A stretch of DNA of 64,000 bases from an uncultured Candidatus Saccharibacteria bacterium (GTDB lineage: Bacteria; Patescibacteriota; Minisyncoccia; Phycocordibacterales; UBA1550), in contig CAZXOE010000001.1 of assembly GCA_964642305.1 (NCBI GenBank), positions 58,917 to 122,916 on the forward strand, read 5' to 3'. The notes beneath the pieces were generated by a model, which was not told the origin of the DNA, did no database searches, and saw only the letters and a list, made by a program, of their open reading frames with translations. Positions 43,320 through 52,958 of this stretch are shown here, in pieces; positions within the stretch are counted from its first letter, which is position 1, and the number at the start of each line of letters is the position of its first letter. A program made the position numbers and the translations under genes.

Positions 43320-44834
43320 ATGAACCTATTAAGCCTACTTACAAAAGAAAAGCGCGTAGCTGGAATTGAGATCAGCGACTCTGTTGTTCGTGTTGCTTTT
43401 TTAAATACAAATCTTAAGAAGAAAAACCAAGTTACCATAAAACCAAAGGATGATAATATGGGGAATGAAAATACTAGTGTTTCATCAGAAAATAATGAGG
43501 ATTACGAACTTATTCTTATTGAGGAGCCTATTGCATCAAATATAATTGCCGATGGTGTGGTAATTGACATTGATCTTCTTGCAAACACACTAAAGAAAAT
43601 ATGGGAAAAGGCAAACCTTGGCACAGACTATGCTATTGTTGCAATCCCTGACGACAAAATATACTCAAGAATTTTTTCATTTCCAAAGTCAGTCACAGAT
43701 GAGCGCTTAAACGAGGCGATGCGTCTCGCTATCAGTTTTCAAATACCTATAAAAATTGAAGACGCGTATCTAGACTGGGAACGCACAAAGGGAACAAATA
43801 CTACAAATGAGATCTTGCTCTCAACGATTCCACGCAAAGTCGCAGAGGGTTATGTGCAAGCGCTTGAGAGAGCCGGTATTAAAACACTCGCTCTTGAAAG
43901 TCATCTAGCGGGGATCTCTCGTTCCGTAAAGCTTGAAGACGGTGTTACAACTATTTTTCTAAAAAAGACCCCTGACGGAGCGACAATCTTTGCCATCAGA
44001 GAGGGTGTCTTGCATTTTTCACGGACGCTCCCTCTTAGTTTTGTTCCTGAAGCAAATCTTCACAATGAAATTCAAAAAGTTAAAGATGCGATTGCGTCTG
44101 AAACAAAAGGAGAGATTAACGAGATAGAGCTTCTGAATGCAACAGTGTGTGACGAATATGCAAATCGCATGGAAATTTCAGAGCCAAAGTCAAAATGGCT
44201 TATTGCTCTTGGGTCAGCTATGCGCGGGAGAATCCCTGAAGGCAATGATAACCTGATCTCACTTTTGCCAGTTGGAACAGAAGAAGCATATTCGTACCAG
44301 CGCGCGACAACATTTATTGTGCTAATGAGAAACCTTATAATTAGCATTTCTATATTTTTTGTGTCTGTGTACACAATAGCGTATGTATCAATGCTATCAA
44401 TGTTGCAAAAGGGAGCCGAGCAAGTAACAACGCTGTCGGCAGGAGCCGTGCCACCAGAATTGGCTGAGAAAGAAAAACTGATAAAGGATGTGAACGCGAT
44501 TACTGAAACAGGAGCAATATTCCTATCAGAGATGCCGATATGGAGCGCTGTGTTAACAGAACTCGTAGCGAGAACACCAGATGGAATCACAATCTCCGCA
44601 TTTTCAGCGCCCAATTTTACAGATAGGTTCTCTTTGGTCGGTAATGCACGGAGCAGGACAACGCTTAATAATTACAAAAAAACGTTGCAAGAATCAGAGA
44701 TGCTTTCTGACATTGAGCTCCCTTTAACAAATCTTGATAAAGAAGAGAATATACCATTCAGCATATCGTTTCGCTTGAAGGATCCTAGTACGCTATACTA
44801 TACTCAAGCGACTGAGAGAACTACAAATATATGA
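43320..44834 (+). CDS. pilM: type IV pilus assembly protein PilM fused to PilN-like C-terminal domain
   Basis: Actin-like ATPase N-term (VAGIEISDSVVRVAFL...), central TM (IVLMRNLIISISIFFVSVYTIAYV), PilN-like periplasmic tail. The track start at 43239 is a TTG inside the repeat element; the ATG at 43320 is preferred and 43293 is possible. Confidence 0.7.
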   Translation: MNLLSLLTKEKRVAGIEISDSVVRVAFLNTNLKKKNQVTIKPKDDNMGNENTSVSSENNEDYELILIEEPIASNIIADGVVIDIDLLANTLKKIWEKANLGTDYAIVAIPDDKIYSRIFSFPKSVTDERLNEAMRLAISFQIPIKIEDAYLDWERTKGTNTTNEILLSTIPRKVAEGYVQALERAGIKTLALESHLAGISRSVKLEDGVTTIFLKKTPDGATIFAIREGVLHFSRTLPLSFVPEANLHNEIQKVKDAIASETKGEINEIELLNATVCDEYANRMEISEPKSKWLIALGSAMRGRIPEGNDNLISLLPVGTEEAYSYQRATTFIVLMRNLIISISIFFVSVYTIAYVSMLSMLQKGAEQVTTLSAGAVPPELAEKEKLIKDVNAITETGAIFLSEMPIWSAVLTELVARTPDGITISAFSAPNFTDRFSLVGNARSRTTLNNYKKTLQESEMLSDIELPLTNLDKEENIPFSISFRLKDPSTLYYTQATERTTNI

Positions 44835-44898
44835 TTTGTAGTTCCGAGCGAGTGTGGAGTATATAGTAATCTATATAAGTAAGACAACAAAAATCGCC

Positions 44899-45459
44899 AT
44901 GTTCACAACAAAAAATCTTTTTGCTCATTTTGGAAAACATATATTAATAGCTCTAGCTATTATGAGTGTTTCTATTGGTGCTATTATGTTTATTTCTGGC
45001 AAGATTACAAAAATGGCATATGAAACTGCGACTAGTCGTCATCTTGCCGCAACACTTAGCGAGCGTACTTCCCTGCTATCTAGCCTTAAGCACGAGACGG
45101 ACATCATCGGCCCAAATGCGACAACTATAATACAGGCGTTCATTCCGTCAAACAACATTCTTGACTTTGTAGCTATCATAAAAAGTATTGCTCTCAAGAA
45201 CGGCATCACACAATCTCTTAATTTCTCATCTCCAACACCAACATCACTTGGTACGGAATTCAATGTTGCAACAATCTCATATCAAAACACAATATCGTCA
45301 GCAAATGTTTCAATATTTATCAATTATCTCAAAGATTTTGAGAGGCTTCCATACTTCACAAAAATTAATTCCCTAAACATCTCTTCTGGGAGCGCGGACT
45401 GGCGGAATACTTCAAATATATCCTATAGCGCTACTGTTGTAGCTCAAACAGTAGAATAA
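44899..45459 (+). CDS. PilO-like bitopic membrane protein
   Basis: TM LIALAIMSVSIGAIMFISG followed by a ~150-aa periplasmic domain. Position after pilM/N fits the pilMNO order. Confidence 0.45.
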   Translation: MFTTKNLFAHFGKHILIALAIMSVSIGAIMFISGKITKMAYETATSRHLAATLSERTSLLSSLKHETDIIGPNATTIIQAFIPSNNILDFVAIIKSIALKNGITQSLNFSSPTPTSLGTEFNVATISYQNTISSANVSIFINYLKDFERLPYFTKINSLNISSGSADWRNTSNISYSATVVAQTVE

Positions 45460-45463
45460 AAAT

Positions 45464-46063
45464 ATGATCAAATTTATTGATAAAATCAAAGATCTAGTTT
45501 CAGACGTAAATCCAAAAGATTTAATTTATCCTGGAATTTTATTTTTGTTTGCTATTATTGTGGGTTTTATTTTTATCCTTGCTACTGGATTTATAGCAAA
45601 AAACATAGACACAGCGTTTTCAGGCGACACAGGAGAAGGTGCAAGCTCTCTCAATATGCAAAATTACACTGTTGTGGCAAAGAAGCTTGGCATAAGCATG
45701 GATGCAAAAAGGGAAACCACTGAAACGCCCGCAGCGGCTATTCCATCTGCAGAAACCGCTACAACTACGCCAGCAGAGGTTCTGGACAAGAAAGCGTTTA
45801 CACTTAGCATATTAAACAGCACCTCTAAAAGCGGGATCGCGGGCGCGCTGGCAACATCACTAGAGTCAGCAGGGTTTGCAAAAGCAAAAACTGGGAACGA
45901 GAAAACCCTGTATGCCACCACAACAGTTGCAATAAAGGAAGGTAAATCTGCTATTGCTCAATCTCTCCTTGAGATAGTCTTAAAATCCTACCCAGACGCA
46001 GTGTCCACCACAGCCCCAGAAACCGCCTTGTTTGACGCGACCATCACAATTGGCACAAAGTAA
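45464..46063 (+). CDS. membrane-anchored LytR_C-domain protein
   Basis: TM (ILFLFAIIVGFIFILATGFIA); C-terminal FTLSILNSTSKSGIAGALATSLESAGFAKAKTGN...TTVAIKEG matches the LytR C-terminal domain. Confidence 0.65.
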   Translation: MIKFIDKIKDLVSDVNPKDLIYPGILFLFAIIVGFIFILATGFIAKNIDTAFSGDTGEGASSLNMQNYTVVAKKLGISMDAKRETTETPAAAIPSAETATTTPAEVLDKKAFTLSILNSTSKSGIAGALATSLESAGFAKAKTGNEKTLYATTTVAIKEGKSAIAQSLLEIVLKSYPDAVSTTAPETALFDATITIGTK

Positions 46064-46197
46064 CGGTATTGCAATTTTATATAATTATGCTATAATAAAT
46101 AAATCCTCAGTAAAATCCTTGGATTTAAAGGGGTTAGTGGAAGGCGCCTTTGGGCGTTTTCTTATTTAGAAGTAGTTCTTTTTAGAGGGAGTGAAAA

Positions 46198-46782
46198 TTG
46201 ATTACAAAAATTCTTAAGGTGTTTGCGGGTGAAGAAAGAACTCGTTTCGTAAGCAATAGCCCTGGATTGCCTGCAAGGAAGGTTATTTCTACACCGTTTA
46301 TCGGCACGCGATCGCGTGGCAATAACACCGAGTGTGGTCTTGGTGTGGAATACCATAGCAGTCTCGCAGGCAATACGGAATTTGGCCACGTCTTTGTGGC
46401 GCTGGAAACAAGTAATCCGAAAGAATACCTGCGGGCTCTTAGTATTCTGAATCGCATGGAAAGGATTGATCTGGACATTCTCGAATCTTGCGCGCATGCC
46501 GGCAAGAAACGTGTTGGGCGAGACGATCATTCATTCCACCTGCTGAAAAAATACCAACCAGCTCAAATTGAGGTAATCCTTGAAAAACGGGCTGTTGTTT
46601 TTGAGCAAACACTCGATCAAGAATCCATCACGGCAATCATCGATGGATTTCTAGAGTGTGGATTCAAGGTTAATAACCCGCTTGTTCACGACAAAATAAC
46701 AAATGGTGTGGCAAATTACTCGAAAGAAGCCACTTCGGGGACAGCAGTCAAGAAAAAAGTATCAGAATCGCTCACAGTGTAA
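46198..46782 (+). CDS. hypothetical protein (GC-richer than its surroundings; weak call)
   Basis: 194-aa frame with a TTG start per the track; no recognisable motifs. Followed by a strong terminator, so the locus is transcribed on plus. Confidence 0.3.
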   Translation: MITKILKVFAGEERTRFVSNSPGLPARKVISTPFIGTRSRGNNTECGLGVEYHSSLAGNTEFGHVFVALETSNPKEYLRALSILNRMERIDLDILESCAHAGKKRVGRDDHSFHLLKKYQPAQIEVILEKRAVVFEQTLDQESITAIIDGFLECGFKVNNPLVHDKITNGVANYSKEATSGTAVKKKVSESLTV

Positions 46783-46800
46783 TCGAACACAACATATCGA

Positions 46801-46832
46801 AGCTCCACCGTAATTGGTGGAGCTTTTTTTTG
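46801..46832 (+). terminator. rho-independent terminator (AGCTCCACC gtaatt GGTGGAGCT + T8)
   Basis: Perfect 9-bp GC-rich stem followed by tttttttt. Confidence 0.8.
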
Positions 46833-46895
46833 TTGCTAAACCCGCAATAGCGAGTCGCCCGAGCATTTTGAAGACAAAATGCTTTAGGGTACAAT

Positions 46896-48557
46896 ATGTC
46901 TCATATGAAAAAAAATATTGAAACTGCGGAGACTATTCGCAAGGCCGGTTTTGAAGGCGAGATTATCTCCGATGTAGCGAATCTCATTAAATACGAAAAC
47001 GACACGAGCCTATTTGAGCTTCGTCCGGAACTCGCGGTCAAACCAAAAGACGTTTCTGATATTAAAAAATTAGTTTCCTTTGTTGCTGACAAAAAAGACG
47101 AGGACTCAACACTGTCTCTCACCGCTCGAGCTGCAGGAACAGGGATGGCAGGAGGCGCGCTCAACGACTCTATTATTGTAGATGTTGCAAACTTAAATCA
47201 TATTAAAAGTGCAAGTACTGAAAGAGTCGTTGTTGAGCCTGGTGTTTATTATCGCGATATGGATACTGAAACAAGAAAGCTTGGCGTTATTATGCCGTCA
47301 TTCCCCGCTTCGCGAAATCTGTGCGCAGTGGGTGGAATGGTAGGTACAAATGCGTCAGGCGAAATGACACTCTCTTATGGAAGCACCGAAAACTGGGTAA
47401 GGCGTCTTAAGGTTGTGCTTTCTGACGGTAATGAATACGAACTTGGGCCATTAACAGAGAGCGAGCTTGCTTTAAAGAAAAACATCAAAGGTTTTGAAGG
47501 AGAGATTTATCGTCGTATGCACGAGCTTGTTGAAGAAAATTACGACATAATTAAACGCGCAAAACCAAAGGTTTCAAAAAACTCCACAGGTTACGCTCTT
47601 TGGAATGTGTGGGACAGAAAAACCTTTGATCTTACAAAGCTATTCACTGGATCTGAGGGTACACTTGGGATTTTTACAGAAATTGAATTTGCTTTGATAA
47701 AACCAAAGGAACATCGTAAGCTAGTTGTGATATTTTTGACTGATTTTAACAAACTATCAGAGGTCGTCACGCAGGTGCTTAAACATAAACCAGAAACATT
47801 TGAATCGTACGACGATCACACGTTTCAATTTGCAATTCGTTTTTTCCCAGATATTGTGAAGTCACTAAAAACAGGGATAGTGAAGCTTGGGCTTTCATTT
47901 ATTCCTGAAGCATTTATGGTGCTACGTGGCGGGTTCCCAAAGCTTGTGCTCCTTGCTGAGTTTACAGGTGATACGGAGGAAGAAGCGATGGGAAAAGCAC
48001 AAATCGCGTATGACGACCTTAAACAATTCCGCGCGCAGATTGAGATAATGAAAACAGAAAAGGATGCTGAAAAGTTTTGGACAATACGACACGAAAGTTT
48101 CAATTTGCTTAGAAAGCACGGTGGAAAAGACAAGACTGCTCCTTTTATAGACGACATAATTGTTGCCCCAGAAAAGCTTCCAATGTTTTTACCAAAACTT
48201 GCCGAGGTGATGAAGGAGTACAAGCTTACATACACTATCGCTGGACACATTGGCGATGGTAATCTGCACATTATTCCCCTGATGAACCTAAGGAACGCTC
48301 GTGACCGCGATATTGTGATGGAGCTTTCACAAAAAGTATTTAACCTCGTGTTTGAATTTGGCGGTTCAATGTCAGCAGAGCACAACGATGGACTCGTTCG
48401 CACTGCGTACCTAAAACAGATGTATGGCGAAAAAATCTATCATTTATTTGAGGAAACAAAAAATATTTTTGACCCTAAAAATATTTTTAACCCTGGCAAA
48501 AAAGTTTATGGACACGACCTTGAATACATCAAGGAACATATTGATAAGGTGTACTAG
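46896..48557 (+). CDS. FAD-linked oxidase (GlcD / D-lactate dehydrogenase family; FAD_binding_4 + FAD-oxidase_C)
   Basis: FAD-binding PCMH region (TARAAGTGMAGGALNDSIIVD, GGMVGTNASG), C-terminal oxidase domain. 553 aa. Confidence 0.85.
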   Translation: MSHMKKNIETAETIRKAGFEGEIISDVANLIKYENDTSLFELRPELAVKPKDVSDIKKLVSFVADKKDEDSTLSLTARAAGTGMAGGALNDSIIVDVANLNHIKSASTERVVVEPGVYYRDMDTETRKLGVIMPSFPASRNLCAVGGMVGTNASGEMTLSYGSTENWVRRLKVVLSDGNEYELGPLTESELALKKNIKGFEGEIYRRMHELVEENYDIIKRAKPKVSKNSTGYALWNVWDRKTFDLTKLFTGSEGTLGIFTEIEFALIKPKEHRKLVVIFLTDFNKLSEVVTQVLKHKPETFESYDDHTFQFAIRFFPDIVKSLKTGIVKLGLSFIPEAFMVLRGGFPKLVLLAEFTGDTEEEAMGKAQIAYDDLKQFRAQIEIMKTEKDAEKFWTIRHESFNLLRKHGGKDKTAPFIDDIIVAPEKLPMFLPKLAEVMKEYKLTYTIAGHIGDGNLHIIPLMNLRNARDRDIVMELSQKVFNLVFEFGGSMSAEHNDGLVRTAYLKQMYGEKIYHLFEETKNIFDPKNIFNPGKKVYGHDLEYIKEHIDKVY

Positions 48558-48617
48558 GAAGCAAGTAAAAATGCCCAGCCACACTAGTGTGGCTGGGCAT
48601 TTTTACTTGCTTCCTAG
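48554..48617. terminator. 64-bp perfect palindrome (CTAGGAAGCAAGTAAAAATGCCCAGCCACAC tag GTGTGGCTGGGCATTTTTACTTGCTTCCTAG) between convergent genes
   Basis: Overlaps both stop codons (the oxidase ends at 48557 and nirK ends at 48614). Internal TTTTT/AAAAA runs make it a bidirectional terminator. Confidence 0.6.
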
Positions 48618-49858
48618 TGTCCCATCTTTTCTGTCATTTCTGGCGTAGGAATTACGCCCTCATATATTTCTTTATTCTCTGAGCCAGTAACACTTATGAC
48701 CCCCCATGCTCCGCGATCAAGACGCGCGAGCGCGTGATCAACGAGGATATAGTTGCCTGGAACATCGAATTTCATCTCAACGATTGCGGCACCTCCAGCT
48801 GGAACTATCGTTGTCTGCACATTTTCAAAAATCGCAGAATTAGGACCCATGGCCGCCTCTGGATATACTCTGTCAAAAATTTCACCAATCACATGAAATG
48901 ATGAGATAAGATTAACTCCGCCATTCCCTACATAAATGCGCGCTGTCTCTCCTACTTTTGCCGACATATTCCCAACAGTACCTTTCACACGACCGTTGAA
49001 TACGATGTACTCCGGATGTCCGTCAAGAAGCTTGTGAGCATCCATAATCTGAAGACCCTTTGTACCCATTTTACCACTTGGATAAAATTCTCCCTGCACC
49101 ACGTAGAATTCCTTATCAACCTTTGGAAGACCCTCTTTTGGCTCAACCAATATGAGTCCGTACATACCATGCGCCATGTGGTTCCCCACATTTGCATGCG
49201 CGCAGTGATAAATATAAAGGCCAGGGTTAAGCATCTTAAAGCTCGCCTTTTTTGTCTCGCCAGGAGCAATGTTTGTCACTACAGCTCCACCTCCAGGGCC
49301 AGTTACAGCGTGGAAATCTATATTATGTGGAGCAACACTCGTGAGATCGTTCGTGATAGTTAAATCAATGGTGTCCCCTTCACGTACGCGCACCATAGGG
49401 CCTGGAACTGTTCCGTTAAAAGTCCAGTAATCTATAAAAACACCTGGAGCAATTTCAGAAATAATATCCTTTGTGACTAAGTCAAGTTTTACACGAGCTG
49501 GTTCCGTGCGGTTGATTGGAGGGGGGACATCGTTTGGGTCGCGGGCAATATCAGATGCTCGCTCAATAGTTTTAAATTTCTTAAAAAAATCAGTGATGTT
49601 TGCAAGCGGTAGCGAGGGATTGGCGCCTGGTCCGTACGTCGTTATTCCAAATGGATATTCAAGTTGATTTGGAAACGCGCGGGGAGAAAAAACGAATACC
49701 ACGATACCAAAAAATACAACAGAAAGCCATATTGCAGTCTTGAGTGAATGAATTTTGCGAAGAACAATAAAAATAAAAAGTCCACCAGCAGCGAGCGCTA
49801 TAAAGAAACCAAATGTTTGAAAAATGACAAACTTAGTAAAATAAAAAAATTCAATCAT
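48614..49858 (-). CDS. nirK: copper-containing nitrite reductase NirK (two-domain multicopper oxidase)
   Basis: Type-2 Cu site HNIDFHAVTGPGGG. Type-1 Cu ligands in YIYHCAHANVGNHMAHGMYGLILVEP (Cys-His-Met). N-terminal TM/signal anchor. Confidence 0.85.
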   Translation of the reverse strand: MIEFFYFTKFVIFQTFGFFIALAAGGLFIFIVLRKIHSLKTAIWLSVVFFGIVVFVFSPRAFPNQLEYPFGITTYGPGANPSLPLANITDFFKKFKTIERASDIARDPNDVPPPINRTEPARVKLDLVTKDIISEIAPGVFIDYWTFNGTVPGPMVRVREGDTIDLTITNDLTSVAPHNIDFHAVTGPGGGAVVTNIAPGETKKASFKMLNPGLYIYHCAHANVGNHMAHGMYGLILVEPKEGLPKVDKEFYVVQGEFYPSGKMGTKGLQIMDAHKLLDGHPEYIVFNGRVKGTVGNMSAKVGETARIYVGNGGVNLISSFHVIGEIFDRVYPEAAMGPNSAIFENVQTTIVPAGGAAIVEMKFDVPGNYILVDHALARLDRGAWGVISVTGSENKEIYEGVIPTPEMTEKMGH

Positions 49859-49932
49859 ATAATATTCAGTATGTTAGTAAACTGATTAATAATTTATGAT
49901 AACACAGAGCTCCCATTAACACAATTCATTAA

Positions 49933-50730
49933 TTACTTTTTTGCAAAGACTAAAGAGATAAGAAAAATAATAAGAGCAATCATTACTATTGCGCCTCCTG
50001 ACGCAATATCATAATAGTACGAGGAGATCAATCCAAGAATTACCGAGATTAGCGAAAAAATAACTGACAAAATAAGCGTATAACGGAACCCTCGTCCGTA
50101 TTGCATTGCTGAAATGACAGGGATAACCATAAGCGCCCCAACAAGAAGCACACCAACAATGCTGATAGAAATCGCTACAGCCACTGCAGTCATTGTGACC
50201 ATTGTAATATTAATCATTTTTACAGGAAGACCGCTTGCTTGTGCAAGCTCTGTATCATATGAAGTGAAGAATAATTCCTTATAAAGAAAAAGGACATCCA
50301 AAATTACAACAATTGAGAGTGTAATGATTACAATAAGCTCTGTTGTTGAGACAGTTGAAATGCTACCAAATAGATAGCTGAATAAATTCGCATTGAATCC
50401 CTCCGATAGAGAAAGAATTATCACAGCAATAGCAAGCGAACCCGAAAGAAACAGCGCAAGAATTGAATCGCCAAAAAGACGACGAGAAGACCGTAAGTAC
50501 TCAATACCAAACCCAGCGACAACGGAAAGTCCTATGGCAGTAAAAATTGGATTTATTTTTAAAAGTAGACCAATTGCAACTCCTGCAAACGACACATGAG
50601 CGAGAGTGTCTGCCATTAATGAGTACCTTCTTACAACAAGAAAAATGCCAATGAGAGGAGCAACAATACCTATTGCTATTCCTGCCTCAAATGCGCGTAT
50701 CATAAAATCGTATTGAAAAATTTCTGGCAT
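49933..50730 (-). CDS. metal (Zn/Mn) ABC transporter permease, ABC-3 family
   Basis: 8 TM helices, 265 aa; operonic with the ATPase and binding protein. Confidence 0.85.
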   Translation of the reverse strand: MPEIFQYDFMIRAFEAGIAIGIVAPLIGIFLVVRRYSLMADTLAHVSFAGVAIGLLLKINPIFTAIGLSVVAGFGIEYLRSSRRLFGDSILALFLSGSLAIAVIILSLSEGFNANLFSYLFGSISTVSTTELIVIITLSIVVILDVLFLYKELFFTSYDTELAQASGLPVKMINITMVTMTAVAVAISISIVGVLLVGALMVIPVISAMQYGRGFRYTLILSVIFSLISVILGLISSYYYDIASGGAIVMIALIIFLISLVFAKK

Positions 50731-50732
50731 AT

Positions 50733-51500
50733 TTATTTGTTATTATGTGGCACGCGTTTTGAATGGCTGCCATATAGACGCTCCAAAATGTGTTCGTTTA
50801 AGAGATCCTGCGGAAGCCCGTGACACACTAGGTTGTGGTTTAGGCAGAGCACCGTCTTTGTCTCCTGGGAAACTGCATCAACGTCGTGTGATATAAAAAT
50901 GATTGTGAGATGATGTTCGCTGTTGAGCTTTGATAGAAATTCATAGAATGTCTTTTGCGCGCCTATATCCACGCCGACTGTCGGCTCATCTAAAATAAGA
51001 ATGTCTGGCTCGCTAGCAAGTGCGCGAGCGATGAACACGCGCTGGCGTTCTCCACCGGAAAGCTTACCCACAAGTGTGTCGCGGTATTTCGCAATGCCAG
51101 AAATCTCCATCGCGCGCTCCACAGCGGTGGTATCTTTTTTTGTAAATCTCTCAAAAAAGCCTAGTCTCGCAATGCGACCTGTTCGCACGACCTCAAAAAC
51201 AGTGGCTGGAAAATTTTTATCTGCTTGTGCTACTCTCTGTGGGACATAACCTATTCTATATTTTTCCTTGAAATCGTGGTGATCCTTTCCAAAAAGCATC
51301 ACAGAACCCTCTTTTGGATGAAGGAGTCCAAGAATTATTTTGATAAGAGTTGTTTTACCTCCACCATTTGGTCCAATGATTCCAAGATACTCGCCTTTTC
51401 GCACGGTAAAAGTGAGGTTCTCTATAACTGGAGTGTGGTCGTATGAAAAGCTTACATTATTGAGCTCAATGTACGGTTCTGAAATCATATTTAATTGCAT
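50733..51500 (-). CDS. metal ABC transporter ATP-binding protein (ZnuC-like)
   Basis: GPNGGGKTTL, LSGGERQRVFIARAL, ILILDEPTVGVD, ISHD. Confidence 0.9.
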   Translation of the reverse strand: MQLNMISEPYIELNNVSFSYDHTPVIENLTFTVRKGEYLGIIGPNGGGKTTLIKIILGLLHPKEGSVMLFGKDHHDFKEKYRIGYVPQRVAQADKNFPATVFEVVRTGRIARLGFFERFTKKDTTAVERAMEISGIAKYRDTLVGKLSGGERQRVFIARALASEPDILILDEPTVGVDIGAQKTFYEFLSKLNSEHHLTIIFISHDVDAVSQETKTVLCLNHNLVCHGLPQDLLNEHILERLYGSHSKRVPHNNK

Positions 51501-52429
51501 TGCATTGCTATTTGCAGATTGTTTAGATTCATCTCCATAATAGAAAAGTAATCTTCTCCTGATTGTACCTCATCTGGTCTTAGACTTTCAATAGGGTTCA
51601 ACACAAGTGTTGCACCGCCAATCTCACGAGCAATAAGCTCTGAAAACTTTGGGCTTGCGACTGTTTCAAAGAAAATATGTTTAACACCTTTTTCTCGCGC
51701 TAGATTGATTATGCGCGCAAGCTCTTTTGGCGATGGTTCATCATCTGGAGAAATTCCTTCTATTGAAGTTGCCTTAATACTGTATCGGCTTGCTGGATAG
51801 TTGAACGCCTCATGCAAAACTATAATATCTCGCAATACACATGATGATAGTCCAACACGAAAATGTTCGTCAAGGAGGTCAAGCGCGCTAGTGTAGCGCC
51901 TTGCGTTTTCAGTGAACAAATCCTTGTGTGAGGGATCTATCTCTATGAGTAAATCACGGATGATAGCTACCTCGCTTTTCATTATTACTGGGTCAAGCCA
52001 AAAATGAGGATCGGTAGCGCCGTCTTTTGTAAACAAAACTACCGCTTGTTTCTTTAGCGTCTCTGCCATATTGACAGTATTTTTTGGCTTAGGAGTATTG
52101 CCCTTTTCCCATTTAGCTATCCATGCTTCTAATGAGGCGCCATTGTAAATGAGTGCGTCAGCATTTCCTATTTCCACCAAATCGCGAGGTGATGGCTCAA
52201 AGTCATGCGCTTCCACGCCAGCTGGGACAAGATTAGTTACAGATACAAGGTTGCCACCAATAGCGCTTGCTATATTTGAAAGTGGGTAAAAACTTGTAAC
52301 AATGTGAATTCTTTCGTTGCTTGTGCTAATTTTTGGCACGCGCGAGGACAGCATCATTAATGACGTCAATACAACAACAATAACAGCAGTTAGAAAAACA
52401 AATTTGTAGTTGATAATTATTTTTAGCAT
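51491..52429 (-). CDS. metal ABC transporter substrate-binding protein (ZnuA/TroA cluster A-I)
   Basis: Signal anchor, IHIVTSFYPLSNIASAIGG, metal-ligand His/Asp/Glu positions (HDFEPSP, DPHFWLDP). Confidence 0.85.
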   Translation of the reverse strand: MLKIIINYKFVFLTAVIVVVLTSLMMLSSRVPKISTSNERIHIVTSFYPLSNIASAIGGNLVSVTNLVPAGVEAHDFEPSPRDLVEIGNADALIYNGASLEAWIAKWEKGNTPKPKNTVNMAETLKKQAVVLFTKDGATDPHFWLDPVIMKSEVAIIRDLLIEIDPSHKDLFTENARRYTSALDLLDEHFRVGLSSCVLRDIIVLHEAFNYPASRYSIKATSIEGISPDDEPSPKELARIINLAREKGVKHIFFETVASPKFSELIAREIGGATLVLNPIESLRPDEVQSGEDYFSIMEMNLNNLQIAMQCN

Positions 52430-52458
52430 CTTGTTTTGTTATAAAATTAAGCGATTAA

Positions 52459-52875
52459 CTACTGACACCTCGCGCACAGCCCAAAAAATTCAAGAGAATG
52501 ATCAAAAACTTTAAATGATTTCTTTTTCATAATATTTCTTTCATAGGCAATCATATCATTTTCCATATGAATATCTTCAATGCAATCACATTTTGTGCAA
52601 ATAAGATGATGATGATGTCCAAGCGACGTGACTTCATACACTCGGCGATCCAACCCAAGCTGAACCTCCTTAATAAATCCACCCGCGCGCAACGTATCCA
52701 GCTCACGATATATTGTTGTCTTGTTTGGATATAATTTTTTCCTAGCAAGGTTCTTAATCAGGCCTTCAGCAGAAATAGGCTTTGCTTCATCTACAAAAGT
52801 CTCAAGAACAGCCTTGCGAGTGCTGGTTATACGGTAACCCTTTTCCCTAAGTACGCGAAGTGTATCGTCAATCAT
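52459..52875 (-). CDS. Fur-family metalloregulator (Zur-like by context)
   Basis: DNA-binding helix (ITSTRKAVLETF), HHHH...C..C metal sites (GHHHHLICTKCDC, C-terminal CARC). Confidence 0.85.
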   Translation of the reverse strand: MIDDTLRVLREKGYRITSTRKAVLETFVDEAKPISAEGLIKNLARKKLYPNKTTIYRELDTLRAGGFIKEVQLGLDRRVYEVTSLGHHHHLICTKCDCIEDIHMENDMIAYERNIMKKKSFKVFDHSLEFFGLCARCQ

Positions 52876-52958
52876 TAATATATACTAACGCAACTGAGTT
52901 GCATTTGTCAAATGGCTATGTTAGGATATCTCAAGATCACCAACAAAAGGAGTGTATT

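Noticed and set aside
46198-46790. RNase P RNA, tmRNA or group II intron in the GC-richer segment
   Set aside because: No GGAAAGUCCGG/ACAGNRA (RNase P), no tRNA-like 3' end with GGUUCGAnUCC...CCA or tag-peptide frame (tmRNA), no GUGCG 5' end or domain V (intron).
47825-48403. 192-aa minus-strand ORF
   Set aside because: Antisense to the FAD-linked oxidase gene.
52876-52958. Possible Zur/Fur box (GCAACT g AGTTGC) in the zur / His-rich protein intergenic region
   Set aside because: The 6-bp dyad does not resemble known Fur (GATAATGATAATCATTATC) or Zur box consensus; too short to be significant by itself.
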